Source: Magallana gigas
Taxonomy: Eukaryota
DNA length: 64,000 bases
Assembly (NCBI RefSeq): GCF_963853765.1
Contig: NC_088853.1
Span: 73,346,001-73,410,000, forward strand
Direction of reading: 5' to 3'
Shown piece by piece: positions 45,311 to 56,448 of the stretch (positions within the stretch are counted from its first letter, which is position 1; every line of letters starts with the position of its first letter). The translations under genes were made by a program, and so were the position numbers. Below the pieces are notes generated by a model. The model did not search any database and was not told where the DNA came from. It was given only the letters and a program-made list of their open reading frames with translations.

Positions 45311-47061
45311 TTAACACACACTTAATGAGCTTGCAATGAAATCGTTTATAGTCTGAGAAGAAGAAGCACAGGTTCCTTGAACGTCTAACGGCAGAACAGA
45401 CCTCAGGGACTTCAATGAACAGTCACACTCAATGGGACTTCCAGTCACGTTTAGATACGAGATTTTGGCGAGACTTGAAAACGCTTCCGGTATTGTCCTT
45501 AGGTTGGTCCCTCCGAGTTCTACTCGGTTCAAGATATGAGCTTCTTTGAGGGCGGATTTTGAGACGTACTCTATCGGGTTATTGTTCAGGTCCAACAATT
45601 CTAAAAACCTCAGTCCGGCCATGTCACATTCTTCAATGGTTGATATATCATTGTGAGAGAGGTATAACTGCCTCAGGCCTGAGAGTTTTGTTATTTCACC
45701 GGGAATGCGCTTGAGTCGGTTTCCAGCCATGTAAAGCCTTTCCACCATTGTGCTATGGGGCAGCATGTCTGCATCAATGTAATGGATGTCATTGTCAATG
45801 AGCTGCAGTCGTTTAACGGACGGGAAAACGTCGAACACGTTCGGGAATGTGACCAGGTCGTTGTCACTTAAATCTACGAAAGAGACGTAGTTCATAGCGT
45901 ATCCGGAACACGGCACTAGAAGTTGTTTGGTTTGGTTCAGGTTTTTGTTCCCATTGAAATAAAATAACTGCATGTCCTTCATAAGACATATTGCATCCGG
46001 AACTTGTTCGAGTTTGGAGTTTGATATTGTAAGGGAAGTTAAGCTATCGACGCTTTTCAGAGCGTTACTATCGATGTTTTTAAACGGGATTTGATCTAAG
46101 GTGAGGTGAACTACTCTCGTCAAGTTCTGTAACTGGGTTGGCCAAGACCGAAATTTGCTTAAGCTGACGCTGAAGACGCTTAGTGAAGGACCAACAATTG
46201 ACAGCACGTCAATGTTTGTTAAGGGGTTGTTCTGTACATACAGGGACGACAACCCGCCTATTTTTTCCAAAGCGGATGGAATGGTTTGTAAATTGTTGTT
46301 GTTTAAGTAGATGTCAACGCTCACGTTCGTCGGAATTCCCTTGAAAGCGTCGACGTCGACGCTGTTAATTCGATTATTGTCCAATCGGATGAGAATGCGT
46401 CTAGATGACGCAGAAAATAGCGTCACGAATGCGTTTGCCGGGACGCTTGTGATGAAGTTAAAGTTTAGACCGATGTAATCGGCCTGTTTGTGATATGACG
46501 AAAAATCGGAAACTGCAGTCAGGTATCTGTAGCTGCAGTCGATACGGTTGATTGAACACGTGCATTTGTTGTCAAAGGAGCACGCGTCTCCCGCAATAAG
46601 AAATCCCTCCGCCAACTGTGAACAGGCAATAAGTAAAACAAGAGCTGTCTAAAAGAAAAAAAAATACGACCCAATTAGATTTTTTTCAGCACTATTCAAA
46701 TTCAAAATACTTGCCGCATGTCTTGTTAATAAAAAAAACCCAGATGAAACAGTAACAATTTATGCAAGAACATTAAACATGTTTAATTATTTAACAAACA
46801 CTTTGTCCTGTTACACGCATGGTTTCTCAGTTTTATGCTAAGGTAAATTTGAATGATTTCACAAATGAGCATTTTTTGACTGTTTTTGTTATTCTCAAAT
46901 GTCTTGTTGATCGCTCTTCTTTCTTTATATCACAAAACTCAGACAAAAGAACTTTAAATGATTAACCACGACAAAATAACTGATGGATCACTAAACGCAT
47001 TATATGTATTCATTTTACATACCTTAATGCATGGTGTCATCGTGAGTCTCGCAAAATCCAT
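45311..47061 (-). CDS. secreted leucine-rich-repeat protein (LRRNT-LRRs-short LRRCT, no TM/TIR; 458 aa)
   Basis: Exon 47061-47023 (MDFARLTMTPCIK, donor GTATGT) + exon 46648-45311; signal ...TALVLLIACSQLAEG|FLI; LRRNT C-x5-C-x-C-x6-C; repeated LxxLxLxxNxL; C-terminal PIECDC...C...C. Confidence 0.9.
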
Positions 47062-47479
47062 CGACACCTGATCCGTTACCTTTGAAATTCGGAATAAAAG
47101 TAAAAAGAGTAAAATAACAGTTTAATTTTAATTGATTTAAAGACAGAATAAAAAAAAGATACCGGTATATGTCAAAATATTTGTATTTAAAATATTATTA
47201 TGTTGTAGCTCTTACTTATAAAAATATTGATTTACCTCCTTCTTTTCAAGCTATTGGAAATATGAAAAAATATCACAAACTCTTGAAACAGGCATAGGTT
47301 TTAAAACATGGTCGGTGCACTACTATTCCGTTCTGTGTCGTAATCAGGTTATCTTATCACTGTCTGGGTCCCCTCGTCACTAAACTCCCTGTCATGATCT
47401 GTAGTTCAATGCGTTCCATTTTCACCACTATATGTCTTTAATATTGTACTTCCATGAGCGGTGTTTGCAATGCACTGTA

Positions 47480-47760
47480 TTAACCTCTAATGATAAAACG
47501 CCGCCTAATGATACAAATATCATTAAGCGTTGCAATTGCATCCCCTAATGCTATAAATTCTTGCATTAACAGTTGACAATATCACCCACTTAATGATAAA
47601 TCGCCGCCTAATGATACATTTTTATCATTAGGCGTCGCGAATGCAAAGCAGACCTAACGCTTCATGACACAAGCAAAAAGCTACAAGGTCAACCCCTAAT
47701 GATGCAAACATTTTTATCATTAAGCGTTGCAATTGCACTCTTAATGATATAATAATACTG
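47480..47760. repeat. degenerate ~100-bp repeat with self-complementary cores, upstream of the LRR gene
   Basis: Recurrent CGCCTAATGATA...TATCATTA(A/G)GCG and GCGTTGCAATTGCA motifs. Confidence 0.6.
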
Positions 47761-49705
47761 ATCTGCAATGGACGTGCGACTTGTTGTGAATGTCCTTAAT
47801 GTCTATTGGGGTTATAATAAAATATAAGTAAACGTTATAAACACCTATAAAACTCAATGAAAATCGTATTTTTTTTTTATCATTTATAGAACTCCTCCCC
47901 ACCTAATAAAAATGCACTATGATGGTACTGTACATGACTACATCTACGTGTATATGCGTCCTCTTTTGACCAAAACTTTAATCTTTAGTAAAGAGATATT
48001 GAACATAACATTCTTTTTTAAAAGACAATTGCAATGATACATGAATGTCATTAAATGCGTTAGTCTGATTGAAACATTAATATTGAAAAATATTTGCACA
48101 GTAATTCCTTAAAACAATAATCTAAATAGTAGAACATCTTTAAGTAGAGATAGGTTAAAGAAGTTTTTTTTTATTTATTTATTGGCGCACGATCACTTTA
48201 CAACACTTTGCGATCGGGATTCGCACGAGCTCTCTCATACATTGCACGATCAGGTCTCGCATTCGTTGCATGCGTTTTAGTGCACGCATCAAGTCTCCTC
48301 AAAATAGTGGACATGCACACTATTCAGACGCGACCGAATGTGATCCAGTAAATGAATTGAAATAAAACTGAGTAAAATGTTATATAAATACTAAACCAAA
48401 GCTTCAAGTTTTTATAAGAACTACTTATATGCAAGCGGAATGTGTGCGCACGTGGAAGCATTTGCCGGATGCCTCATATGGACACAACAGAGATCGGCCG
48501 AAGCCGATCACAAAAAAAAAACCCTTCACACTATGTACGTTGCACCATTGGTTTTCTTCATACTAGGCCTACACCGTTGAAATAATGTAGAGAAATTCCC
48601 TGAATGTCCAAAAAGTTGATAATTTAAAAGAATCGCAAGTTAAACAATTTCTTTCTCAGAAGGAGTATGATTTCACTTACCGGTACTGTTTACACTTTTA
48701 GGGGGTGCACCGGGTGCGCCCCTCCCATTGAATCGCGGCCACTGATACTTTCAATACTTTGAATCCTATATAGAATTTTCTGCATAACAAAACATCCCCA
48801 CCCCCCACAAAACAACCCCCCCCCCCCCAAAAAAAAAAACCCCAGAAAGAATGGATTTAAAAAAAATGCGCAGCGTTCAGTACTTTGATTTTTGCATGAC
48901 GTACACACTTTTTTTTAAAAATATGTTTTAATAAGTAGGAAGGTATAGAACTAAATAGAAACAAATGCAACTGAGACTTTATTCAATTACAGTGATTTGA
49001 TTCTAGAATATAATTCAAAATCATTAATTAAACATTGTTCGAAATTACACGAGCGGTTTTTAGGGTTTTCTGATGTTTGGCGTCATTAGCCATTATCGCA
49101 TTCTTTTTGGAGTCACGTGATTTAGCCAAATCGTCGCTGTTCCGTGTTCGTCTGTTCATCATGATCGTTGATTTAAGCCTAGAATGTTCATGTAAGTTTT
49201 TCTCTTTGTTTATATTGCATTTATATACTTATCATTATACCTCTGTTTCACTGATTGTCTCGTGATGTTTGGCCCAAAGAGCCATTTTTATGGAGTTTCC
49301 GGTAGGCCTAGAACACACAGTTGTATCTACAGAACAAAGCGGGTATTCCCGTATTTCCCAAATGACGGAGACGATTGTTATAACATTTGATAAATTACGC
49401 GAGAATCTACCGACATGACCCTTTATGTTTATCCAAATTTGTTTTACACAACAAATTATATTTAATTATATTACTTTCGGTTTAATCACTGCATAAAGAA
49501 CGATAACTCTTCCAACAGTTTCATTAGGAGCGCATTTCAATTACAGCGTATTCAAAAAATGTAGCAACTATAACAGGTCCAGTACAATCTCCAGATTTAG
49601 CTTTATAGCTTGCATAAGCTAAATAGCTTTATTAAGCTATTCAGAGTAGCTTCATTTAGCTATTTTGTCATACATTTTTCTTAAATTTGTAATTTTATCA
49701 GTATG

Positions 49706-50597
49706 CATACTTGCCAACCTCCAACATGTGAAAATCTGGTCATGACCAGATTTGGAGTAAAAAATCTGGTCATAGTGCGTAACGACATTCACGACATATT
49801 TACCATGCATTTCATAGGTATATACAATAGAAATATGTGTAAAAAACTTATGTGTAATGCTTTATTGCAAAGAAGCATTTTAACTAACAGTTGCTGATTT
49901 TGAATTTTGCAAAGTGATCTGACACAGAAAATGGTAGGTTGTGTTCAGCTAAAAAAAATGCAAAAAGAGTTTCTGCTACATTAACCTTGCTTTTGAACTC
50001 TGTAAATGATGGCATGAAAGTTGTAAGTGACTTGGAAGAGTTATGTGTATTAAAAAGCATCCTATACATGACTTAGCGTTTTTGAATGTTTAGTCAGATC
50101 ATTTTGGGCACAAAATCCAATATTCAAATGTGCTTTATATAGAACATAAAAGCCTCGTTTTGTATTCGATTACTTTGTTTTACTTATGGGAATTCATTTT
50201 CCCAGATATGTTGATAGGAACAAAAATATCGTTTTCTTTTTGTTGGTTTTGATTCCGCTGGCCCCGATGAAGACCTTTTCTTATTGGAAGCCATCACACT
50301 AAATGATTTAAACCTTCGCTTAGTCAAAACAACTCACGATAATAATTACACATAATGTGTCTGTTATAGCCATCGGCATTGTTTACGGGTTACGTAAATC
50401 CAAGCTCAGCTTGGGTTTATAACTGGAAGTCAAACGCGCAACGTAATTTACGAACCAAATCCGGAAATCGGGAGATTTTCGGGTTGTTCGACTAAAATCG
50501 GGTGAAAAGCATGACCCGCCGGGTCATAAAAAATAATCGGGTGAAGGGTTGAAAAATCGGGTGTGACCCGACGAAATCGGGTCAGTTGGCAAGTATG
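49706..50597 (-). mobile_element. hAT-family DNA transposon, internally deleted (892 bp)
   Basis: TIR CATACTTGCCAAC / GTTGGCAAGTATG; 8-bp TSD TCAGTATG at 49698-49705 and 50598-50605; transposase remnant AETLFAFFLAEHNLPFSVSDH (49884-50069, -). Confidence 0.92.
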
Positions 50598-50608
50598 TCA
50601 GTATGTAT

Positions 50609-51182
50609 TGTAGAAGGTCAGTGCCGTATAGGTTTTTATCAGTACTATGCGTTGTGTTTATTTTTGTTTTGTGACTGAATTTGACCTCTACATTAAGAAT
50701 TAAACTTTACTAAATTATGAATAAGGTATGAAAACGACTTTACTCTCACTATAGATAAACCAGATATAATAAACCAAACTCAAAGTAAATGAAAACCAAG
50801 ATTAACAACCCTTTATAAATTTATTATAACAAAATAGGAACACAAGGCAATAGCATAAACTTAAAATCCCCCAACCCTAAAACCTAACTTTAACAGGGAC
50901 CTTAATTAGACAGACGAGACGGAGACTCAGGAGAAAAGTAGCTAGCGAAACCAGCTCTCCCTCCCCCTCTCTGCTTCAGGAGAAAAGTAGCTAGCGAAAC
51001 CAGCCGTCTCCTTCGTCAAATAAGGACTTACATGGGTTTATATATGGGACAGAACAATAGACAAATGTCATTAAAGTTATTGGCTATCGTATAAAGTGGG
51101 CGTTACCAAAGTAATAGAATAGATCGCATCGGGATCGGAATACTAATAATAATAAATAGAAACAAAATCCCGATCTACCACA
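50609..51182 (-). mobile_element. LTR (3' LTR of a minus-strand retrotransposon)
   Basis: TG...CA ends; on the minus strand preceded by polypurine tract AAGGGGGGAGGAA (51183-51195); TATA-like at about 51046-51038 and AATAAA at about 50661-50656; internal 29-bp direct repeat. The left boundary is approximate. Confidence 0.7.
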
Positions 51183-52029
51183 TTCCTCCCCCCTTAAAGA
51201 CAAATGCTATGCGTTTGACTAAAATAAAGTAACAGATAAATAATAAAAGTAAGAAACCAAATTTCCCCCTAAATCATACATAATGCAAAATAAGCAAAAC
51301 ATAATCAGGTGAATATGTCACATTTCTAAGTTCACTTCACAGTACCAGTCTCCATGGTCCTCAGCAATCAATAATTGGAACACATTCCGAAATATAATAC
51401 TAAGCGAACAACACAACATTTACACACGATTAACACAATATTCACGAATATCGCTGATTCCAGAATGAACACAGTGGATATTGGTATAACATCGGATATT
51501 ATGAAGGCGAGTTCAATGTATCAGGTTCCAGTCCATTTCAAATCTCACATTGGTCAACCTCGTGTCTGGATAAACTGCAATAAAACTGGTTAATACGTGG
51601 TCTGAAAAATCAAAAGAATTTATTAATAAACATGTCATAAATATCATAACGGAATCCATATATCAAATCATCACACTGAACACGGAACCTCACAGTACAT
51701 AAAAGTATTATGTTTACACGGGTTATTAACATGCATACTATCCCAGTTTTGTCAACAAGATCGACAGAGGATAGTTACTGTTAGAAATGCTACACTGCTC
51801 TAACTTTCAACTGACATTGTTATATCAAAACACATTTAGCCAATTCCCTTCGGATGCTCGGGTCGGCAGTAACTGTACAATACTGGGTCGACGGGCTTGT
51901 ACATAGAAGTAGTACCCACGAACGACAACTGTAAGGGGATATCACCGCTCAGACAAGAATTAACTTTACCTAAAGTCAACAGGCACATCGGGTGCAATAG
52001 TAACTTCACCAAAACATGCATTTTCTTGG

Positions 52030-52580
52030 GTGCGTTAGGGTATCCTTGGAGTTTCCTTGGATATCCATCGGGTTCCCTGGGATTCCTAGAGGTGTATCTG
52101 GAATACCAATGAGTCCTCAGGGTTAATAAGAGTTTTAAATTTGTATTATTAGGGTATCCTTGAGGTTCTATGGAGTATCAAGTGTTATGATTCTGTATTA
52201 TTAGGGTATTCTTGGAGTTCCTTGGGATATCCCTGGGGTTCCCTGTGGTTCTTAGAGGTGTGTCTGGAATACCAGTGAGTCCCCAGGGGTACCAAGAGTT
52301 TAAAATTTGTATTATTAGCGTATCTTTGAGGTTCCATGGGGTTCTATGGTGTATCAGGAGTTATAAATCTGTATTATTAGGTTATCTTTGGGGTTCCTTG
52401 GGGTATAATTTGGGTACCATGGGTAAGGGGTGACCCTTGCACTCTAATGAGACCCCCTTGGGTATCAATAGTTATTCATTTCTGTTATTGGGGTATCCTT
52501 GGGGTATCCTTGGGGTTCCTTGGGGTTTCCTTGGGGTTCCTTGGGGTTTCCTTGGGGTTCCTTGGGGTTCCTTGGGGTTA
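52030..52580. repeat. GC-rich degenerate tandem repeats (about 163-bp dimer plus 10/11-bp CCTTGGGGT[T/A] array)
   Basis: TATTATTAGGGTATC subrepeats; the 21-bp period encodes the PKEPQGN repeats at the end of the gag ORF. Confidence 0.8.
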
Positions 52581-53514
52581 AAAGACGTGCCGCATTTTCT
52601 TCAAAACATTGAACTTTACCCGGCGTTTTACCAGTTTCTGTTTGGTTCTGCGACTCTACCTCTACCTCGAATGGTCGACTGTGTTCGGTAAGGTTTGAAC
52701 GGCCTGAAACTAATGACCCGACCATGGCATTAGTCCCTGAATGTTTTTCGAGAGTATGAGTTGTTTCTAACGAGCTTGAACTTTCAGAACAATGACCAAC
52801 CAGATGGCACGATTTACTGGTAATATTATGAGAAAAGTTTTGGCAATCAGACATGTTTGAATTCTGTAAAGAATCAACTTCATCAACATAATGCTCACAA
52901 AACGCTTTCTGAACTTCTTCCCTAATAAATGCTTTTAAATCATTAAAATTGGTGTCACTTGTGTGAACTGAAACACGCATTTGGTTTGCGACAAAAGTAC
53001 TTACGACACTCTCATATTCTATTGCCAGTCCTATCGCTTTCTCAATTGTGGAGGTATGTTTAAACTGAACATGCTTTTGCAAATCAATATCCCCTAAACC
53101 AAAGATAAACTGGTCAACAATATGAGGTTCTAAGTATTTATAGGGAATATGTGGATATGATTTTAAGGCTAACCTTTTCAAAGCATAACCAAAATCTTCG
53201 ACTGTTTCCCCATTTTGTCTACGTGCTGTTTTAAACTCAACTTGGTAAGCTTTCACATTTTCTCCAGGATTGAAATAGTTTTTACAAATTTCTTTTAAAA
53301 CATCATAATTGTCAGACTTTGTCAAAGGAATTTCGGATAACACATGTCTTGCAGATCCCCGTAAACTCATAATAAGCTGACTTGCACATTCTCTCTTACT
53401 CCACCCATTCCACTTAGCAACCTGTTCAAACTGAATGAAATATTCATGAATATCAAAACTACCATCAAATGTTGGCGACTTAATTTCTTTTCTATACTTT
53501 GAACGACGTGACAT
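52465..53514 (-). mobile_element. Ty3/Gypsy-type gag ORF (349 aa, intact frame)
   Basis: PTFDGS..IHEYFIQFEQVAKWNGWS..ASQLIMSLRGSA..YDVLK..F..RRQ.GETVEDF..ALKRLA..YP..IVDQFIFGL..QKHV: retrotransposon capsid signature. No protease/RT/integrase follows. Confidence 0.88.
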
Positions 53515-53695
53515 TTCAAACGTACATTAATGACGAATTATATTTCTTACGAAAAAAAGTCGGGAGGCTGAACCATCTATTCTGCTATATGACTAATGGT
53601 TAGGTCTAACTTTGCAAAAAAAAGTGGGGGGGCTAAGCCCCCCCCCCCCGGTTCTGACGCCTATGCAAGTGTTTGACTGTCAGTCAATATATCGG

Positions 53696-53790
53696 GTCTC
53701 AATAGCTCAGTGGTTAACACGCTGGCACGGTACGCCAGAGGCTATGGGTTCGAGTTCTGGTCGAGACTTGACTTTTTACCACCTGTAACA
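53696..53790 (+). mobile_element. tRNA-derived repeat ending in LTR-like ...CACCTGTAACA (SINE head or tRNA-containing LTR)
   Basis: 72-nt cloverleaf-like 53696-53767 with A box TAGCTCAGTGG, B box GGTTCGAG, stem CTGGC/GCCAG, but a broken D stem and no U33. Confidence 0.65.
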
Positions 53791-54329
53791 CAGAGTTGGC
53801 ATAATAGCCTATAAATTCATCAGACAGTGTGTCCTGTAAATTTTCGAGATTTGCATAACAGTAACCTTTGTAAAAAAATAATTTTGAAAAATTGAATATC
53901 AGGGGTACTGTGAATAATATTAGCTATAAACATTCTTCCACACCATGAGCACTGCCATATTGGCCGCCATTTTGTTTGACAAAGTTAACTCAATTGTGAA
54001 ACGGTTGCCGTTCATCGGTGACTGTGTTTAATACCATTTTAAAATGCCTCTGAACTTGAACATGTTGAAACTTTTCTCTTGTTTGATTGATAAATGGAAT
54101 AAACACACAAGCATCACAAACATACTTTTATATTACTCAAGTAAATTTTATTTTGTCACCTTTTATAGTAAAATAAAATTACCAGAAACTATGTCCTGTG
54201 GAGTTTAAATTTTACCTGACATACATAAAAACAACATTACTAGGGATCGCTGGCAACCCAGTGCATTTTGCCAACTCTGGTAAGAATTTACTTTATACTC
54301 TCTCTCTCTCTCTCTCTGAGCTATATTAA

Positions 54330-54648
54330 GGTACCTCACTACACTGAAACTTATACTTTTTAAGACACTACGTCACAAGATGGCGACTTAAATGTTTTGT
54401 TAAATTGTTTTTATCAATCGCTTGTGTTGACTATCGCCATAGCTCAGTGGTTCAAGTAGCGGGCTGTTGAACTGCAGATCATGAGTTAACTTTTACTGAA
54501 TTAAAATTTTGGAAATAAATGTTTTTATCCAAAATTGCAATTTTTTTCACATTTTTGAATTATATACTTCTTATCCACCATGATATCCATCATAATCAAG
54601 TAATTTTCTAATGATTTGAGAAACTATTAAATGGTATAGTGAGCCACC
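54330..54648. mobile_element. Kolobok-like non-autonomous element (TTAA TSD)
   Basis: TTAA|GGTACCTCACTACAC ... GTATAGTGAGCCACC|TTAA, 12/15 TIR match; internal degenerate tRNA-like segment at about 54435-54490. Confidence 0.7.
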
Positions 54649-54694
54649 TTAAACAGTCATTTTTGGGGGGGAAAAGGTAACGTTTATTCATTTG

Positions 54695-55230
54695 TAGCAT
54701 AGCTGCAGGTCAGACTATCTGTAGCTCCTGGTCTGAAAAATTCAGATGGATGACCTAGGATCTACAGTGCCACCCTTGGAAAAAATTGTATATTTACTGC
54801 GCAGAAAATCATGCATTAGTTTTAGACTAATTTACATTATTTATACGCAAATTCTGTGAAAACAATTAGTACCATTAAATTCTTCATGCAATTTACTACT
54901 GATATCGTCCCCCGCGCGCCTCCTTGGATAGTCTTTTAAACACAATCACCAGCCCTGTAAATTGAAGTAGTGCAGTTTGTTTGCATGTAAAAATGGCAAC
55001 TAGGGATCTCAATGTTTTAACATACTTTTGATTTTCCGAGGTTGGTAGTGTGTTTCGGAGAAAGTCTGTGGCGAGGAAAGTGACATATAAAAACGGTAAA
55101 TTAGTCCAAAACTAGTGCATGTTTATCTGCGCAATAAATATGCAATTTTTTCAATGAGTGGCACTGTAGCTCCAAGGTTGTTCATCCAATTTTTTTCAGA
55201 TCTGGAGCTTCAGACCTGCAGCTATTTGCA
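54695..55230. mobile_element. foldback/MITE with about 140-bp imperfect inverted arms
   Basis: ATAGCTGCAGGTC...CTACAGTGCCAC...CTGCGCAGA...CTAATTTA is mirrored at 55097-55230. Confidence 0.65.
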
Positions 55231-56033
55231 GCATTGAAAAAATATTGCCCCCAGATAAACACGATCAAAAAATTCAAAATACTGATACACAAGAAACAGG
55301 GACCTATTTCTTAACGTAAATAAGAGTATATGAGTATAGTCCACTAATGCATTTTTCATAGGCGGTAATGTTAACATGCTGGTTCATAGCTCCGGCCCTA
55401 ATTTTCGTTCACCAACGAGGGACCTCTTGAATGAAAGCTCGTCCAATTATCTCTCTAAGTACTGTTAAAATTTTGTGGTGTGAAGTCAGATTCGTTTTCC
55501 AGCAAAATGCGTCTGTATTGAAAAACTCTGAAAATGAAAGTTAAAGTAGGGAATTTCACAGTTTTGAAAAGGGTGTACATCAAACAATTCCAATTTTCTC
55601 CTTCAAATGATAATTCAATTTTGACACTTGCATTTAAAATTGCAGATCTTCTTTATCTGACATGTGTCAAGCATTCTGATATACACTCTGCAAGTATAGG
55701 AACTAATTTGCTTAAAGGCACTTCTTTGTTGTCCTACTGATTCAAAAAATAGTTAGAGGGATATACTCATATAGTAATTCAGAATAGAATAATCATTGTG
55801 TGTGTTATGTGACCCTGCGTAAAGTAAAAACAAAGAAAAATAACGAACGAAGATAAATATATAGAGAGCAACATGGAACATTTCACTTAGTTGAATTTCT
55901 TTCTCTCCCTCTTTTGATATCATAAAACCACGAAAAATATGTTTCAGGTGAGCTGACCTGCAATTTGGGCAACTCCTTCAGTTTGATTAATTAATGAGTG
56001 TAAATTTAGTTGAGCACTTATCATAATGAACAA

Positions 56034-56406
56034 TTTTTAACCGGGTTTTCCAACGGAAAAATCCGGTTAATAAAATGGTGAAAATGGCGGGCGGGTGGGC
56101 GGGCGGGCGGCTGCCAAAAGGGTACCCTCATTGTACGGATAACTCCTCCTACAGTTTTCAAGATAGGAAGTTGTTCTTTTGCAGATCAATTGTACATATA
56201 TCAGAGGTGTGCATATTGCTAGGATTTTGATTTCTGATAATTTATCGAAAAAATACCAGCTTTTGAACTTAGTCATTTTTTGGCAAAATGTTGCATATAC
56301 ATGTAGGGTACTCCATTTCACTGGATAAGGGTTGACATGGATTATGGATACAGTTTACATAAAAGAAAACTCGGTTTGCTGTCACATTGACAGCTTTTCA
56401 CTTGTT
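56034..56406 (+). mobile_element. Helentron/HINE-like non-autonomous element
   Basis: T-rich 5' end, short palindrome, (GGGC)n microsatellite, 3' hairpin GCTGTCACATTGACAGC followed by CTTGTT. Confidence 0.65.
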
Positions 56407-56448
56407 GACATATAAGTCAATGCATGTACAATATTTTTCAGAACACTA

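Noticed and set aside
51196-52465. pol (protease/RT/integrase) downstream of gag
   Set aside because: No D(T/S)G, YxDD or integrase motifs seen in the frames I read; short ORFs there are repeat-derived. A profile search was not possible.
52437-52691. Plus-strand (LGVPWGF)n ORF as a structural protein
   Set aside because: Antisense reading of the 10/11-bp repeat within the gag tail.
53696-53767. Functional tRNA-Thr(GGT) gene
   Set aside because: D-stem does not pair, U33 is absent, acceptor stem has a mismatch, and it is embedded among TE fragments.
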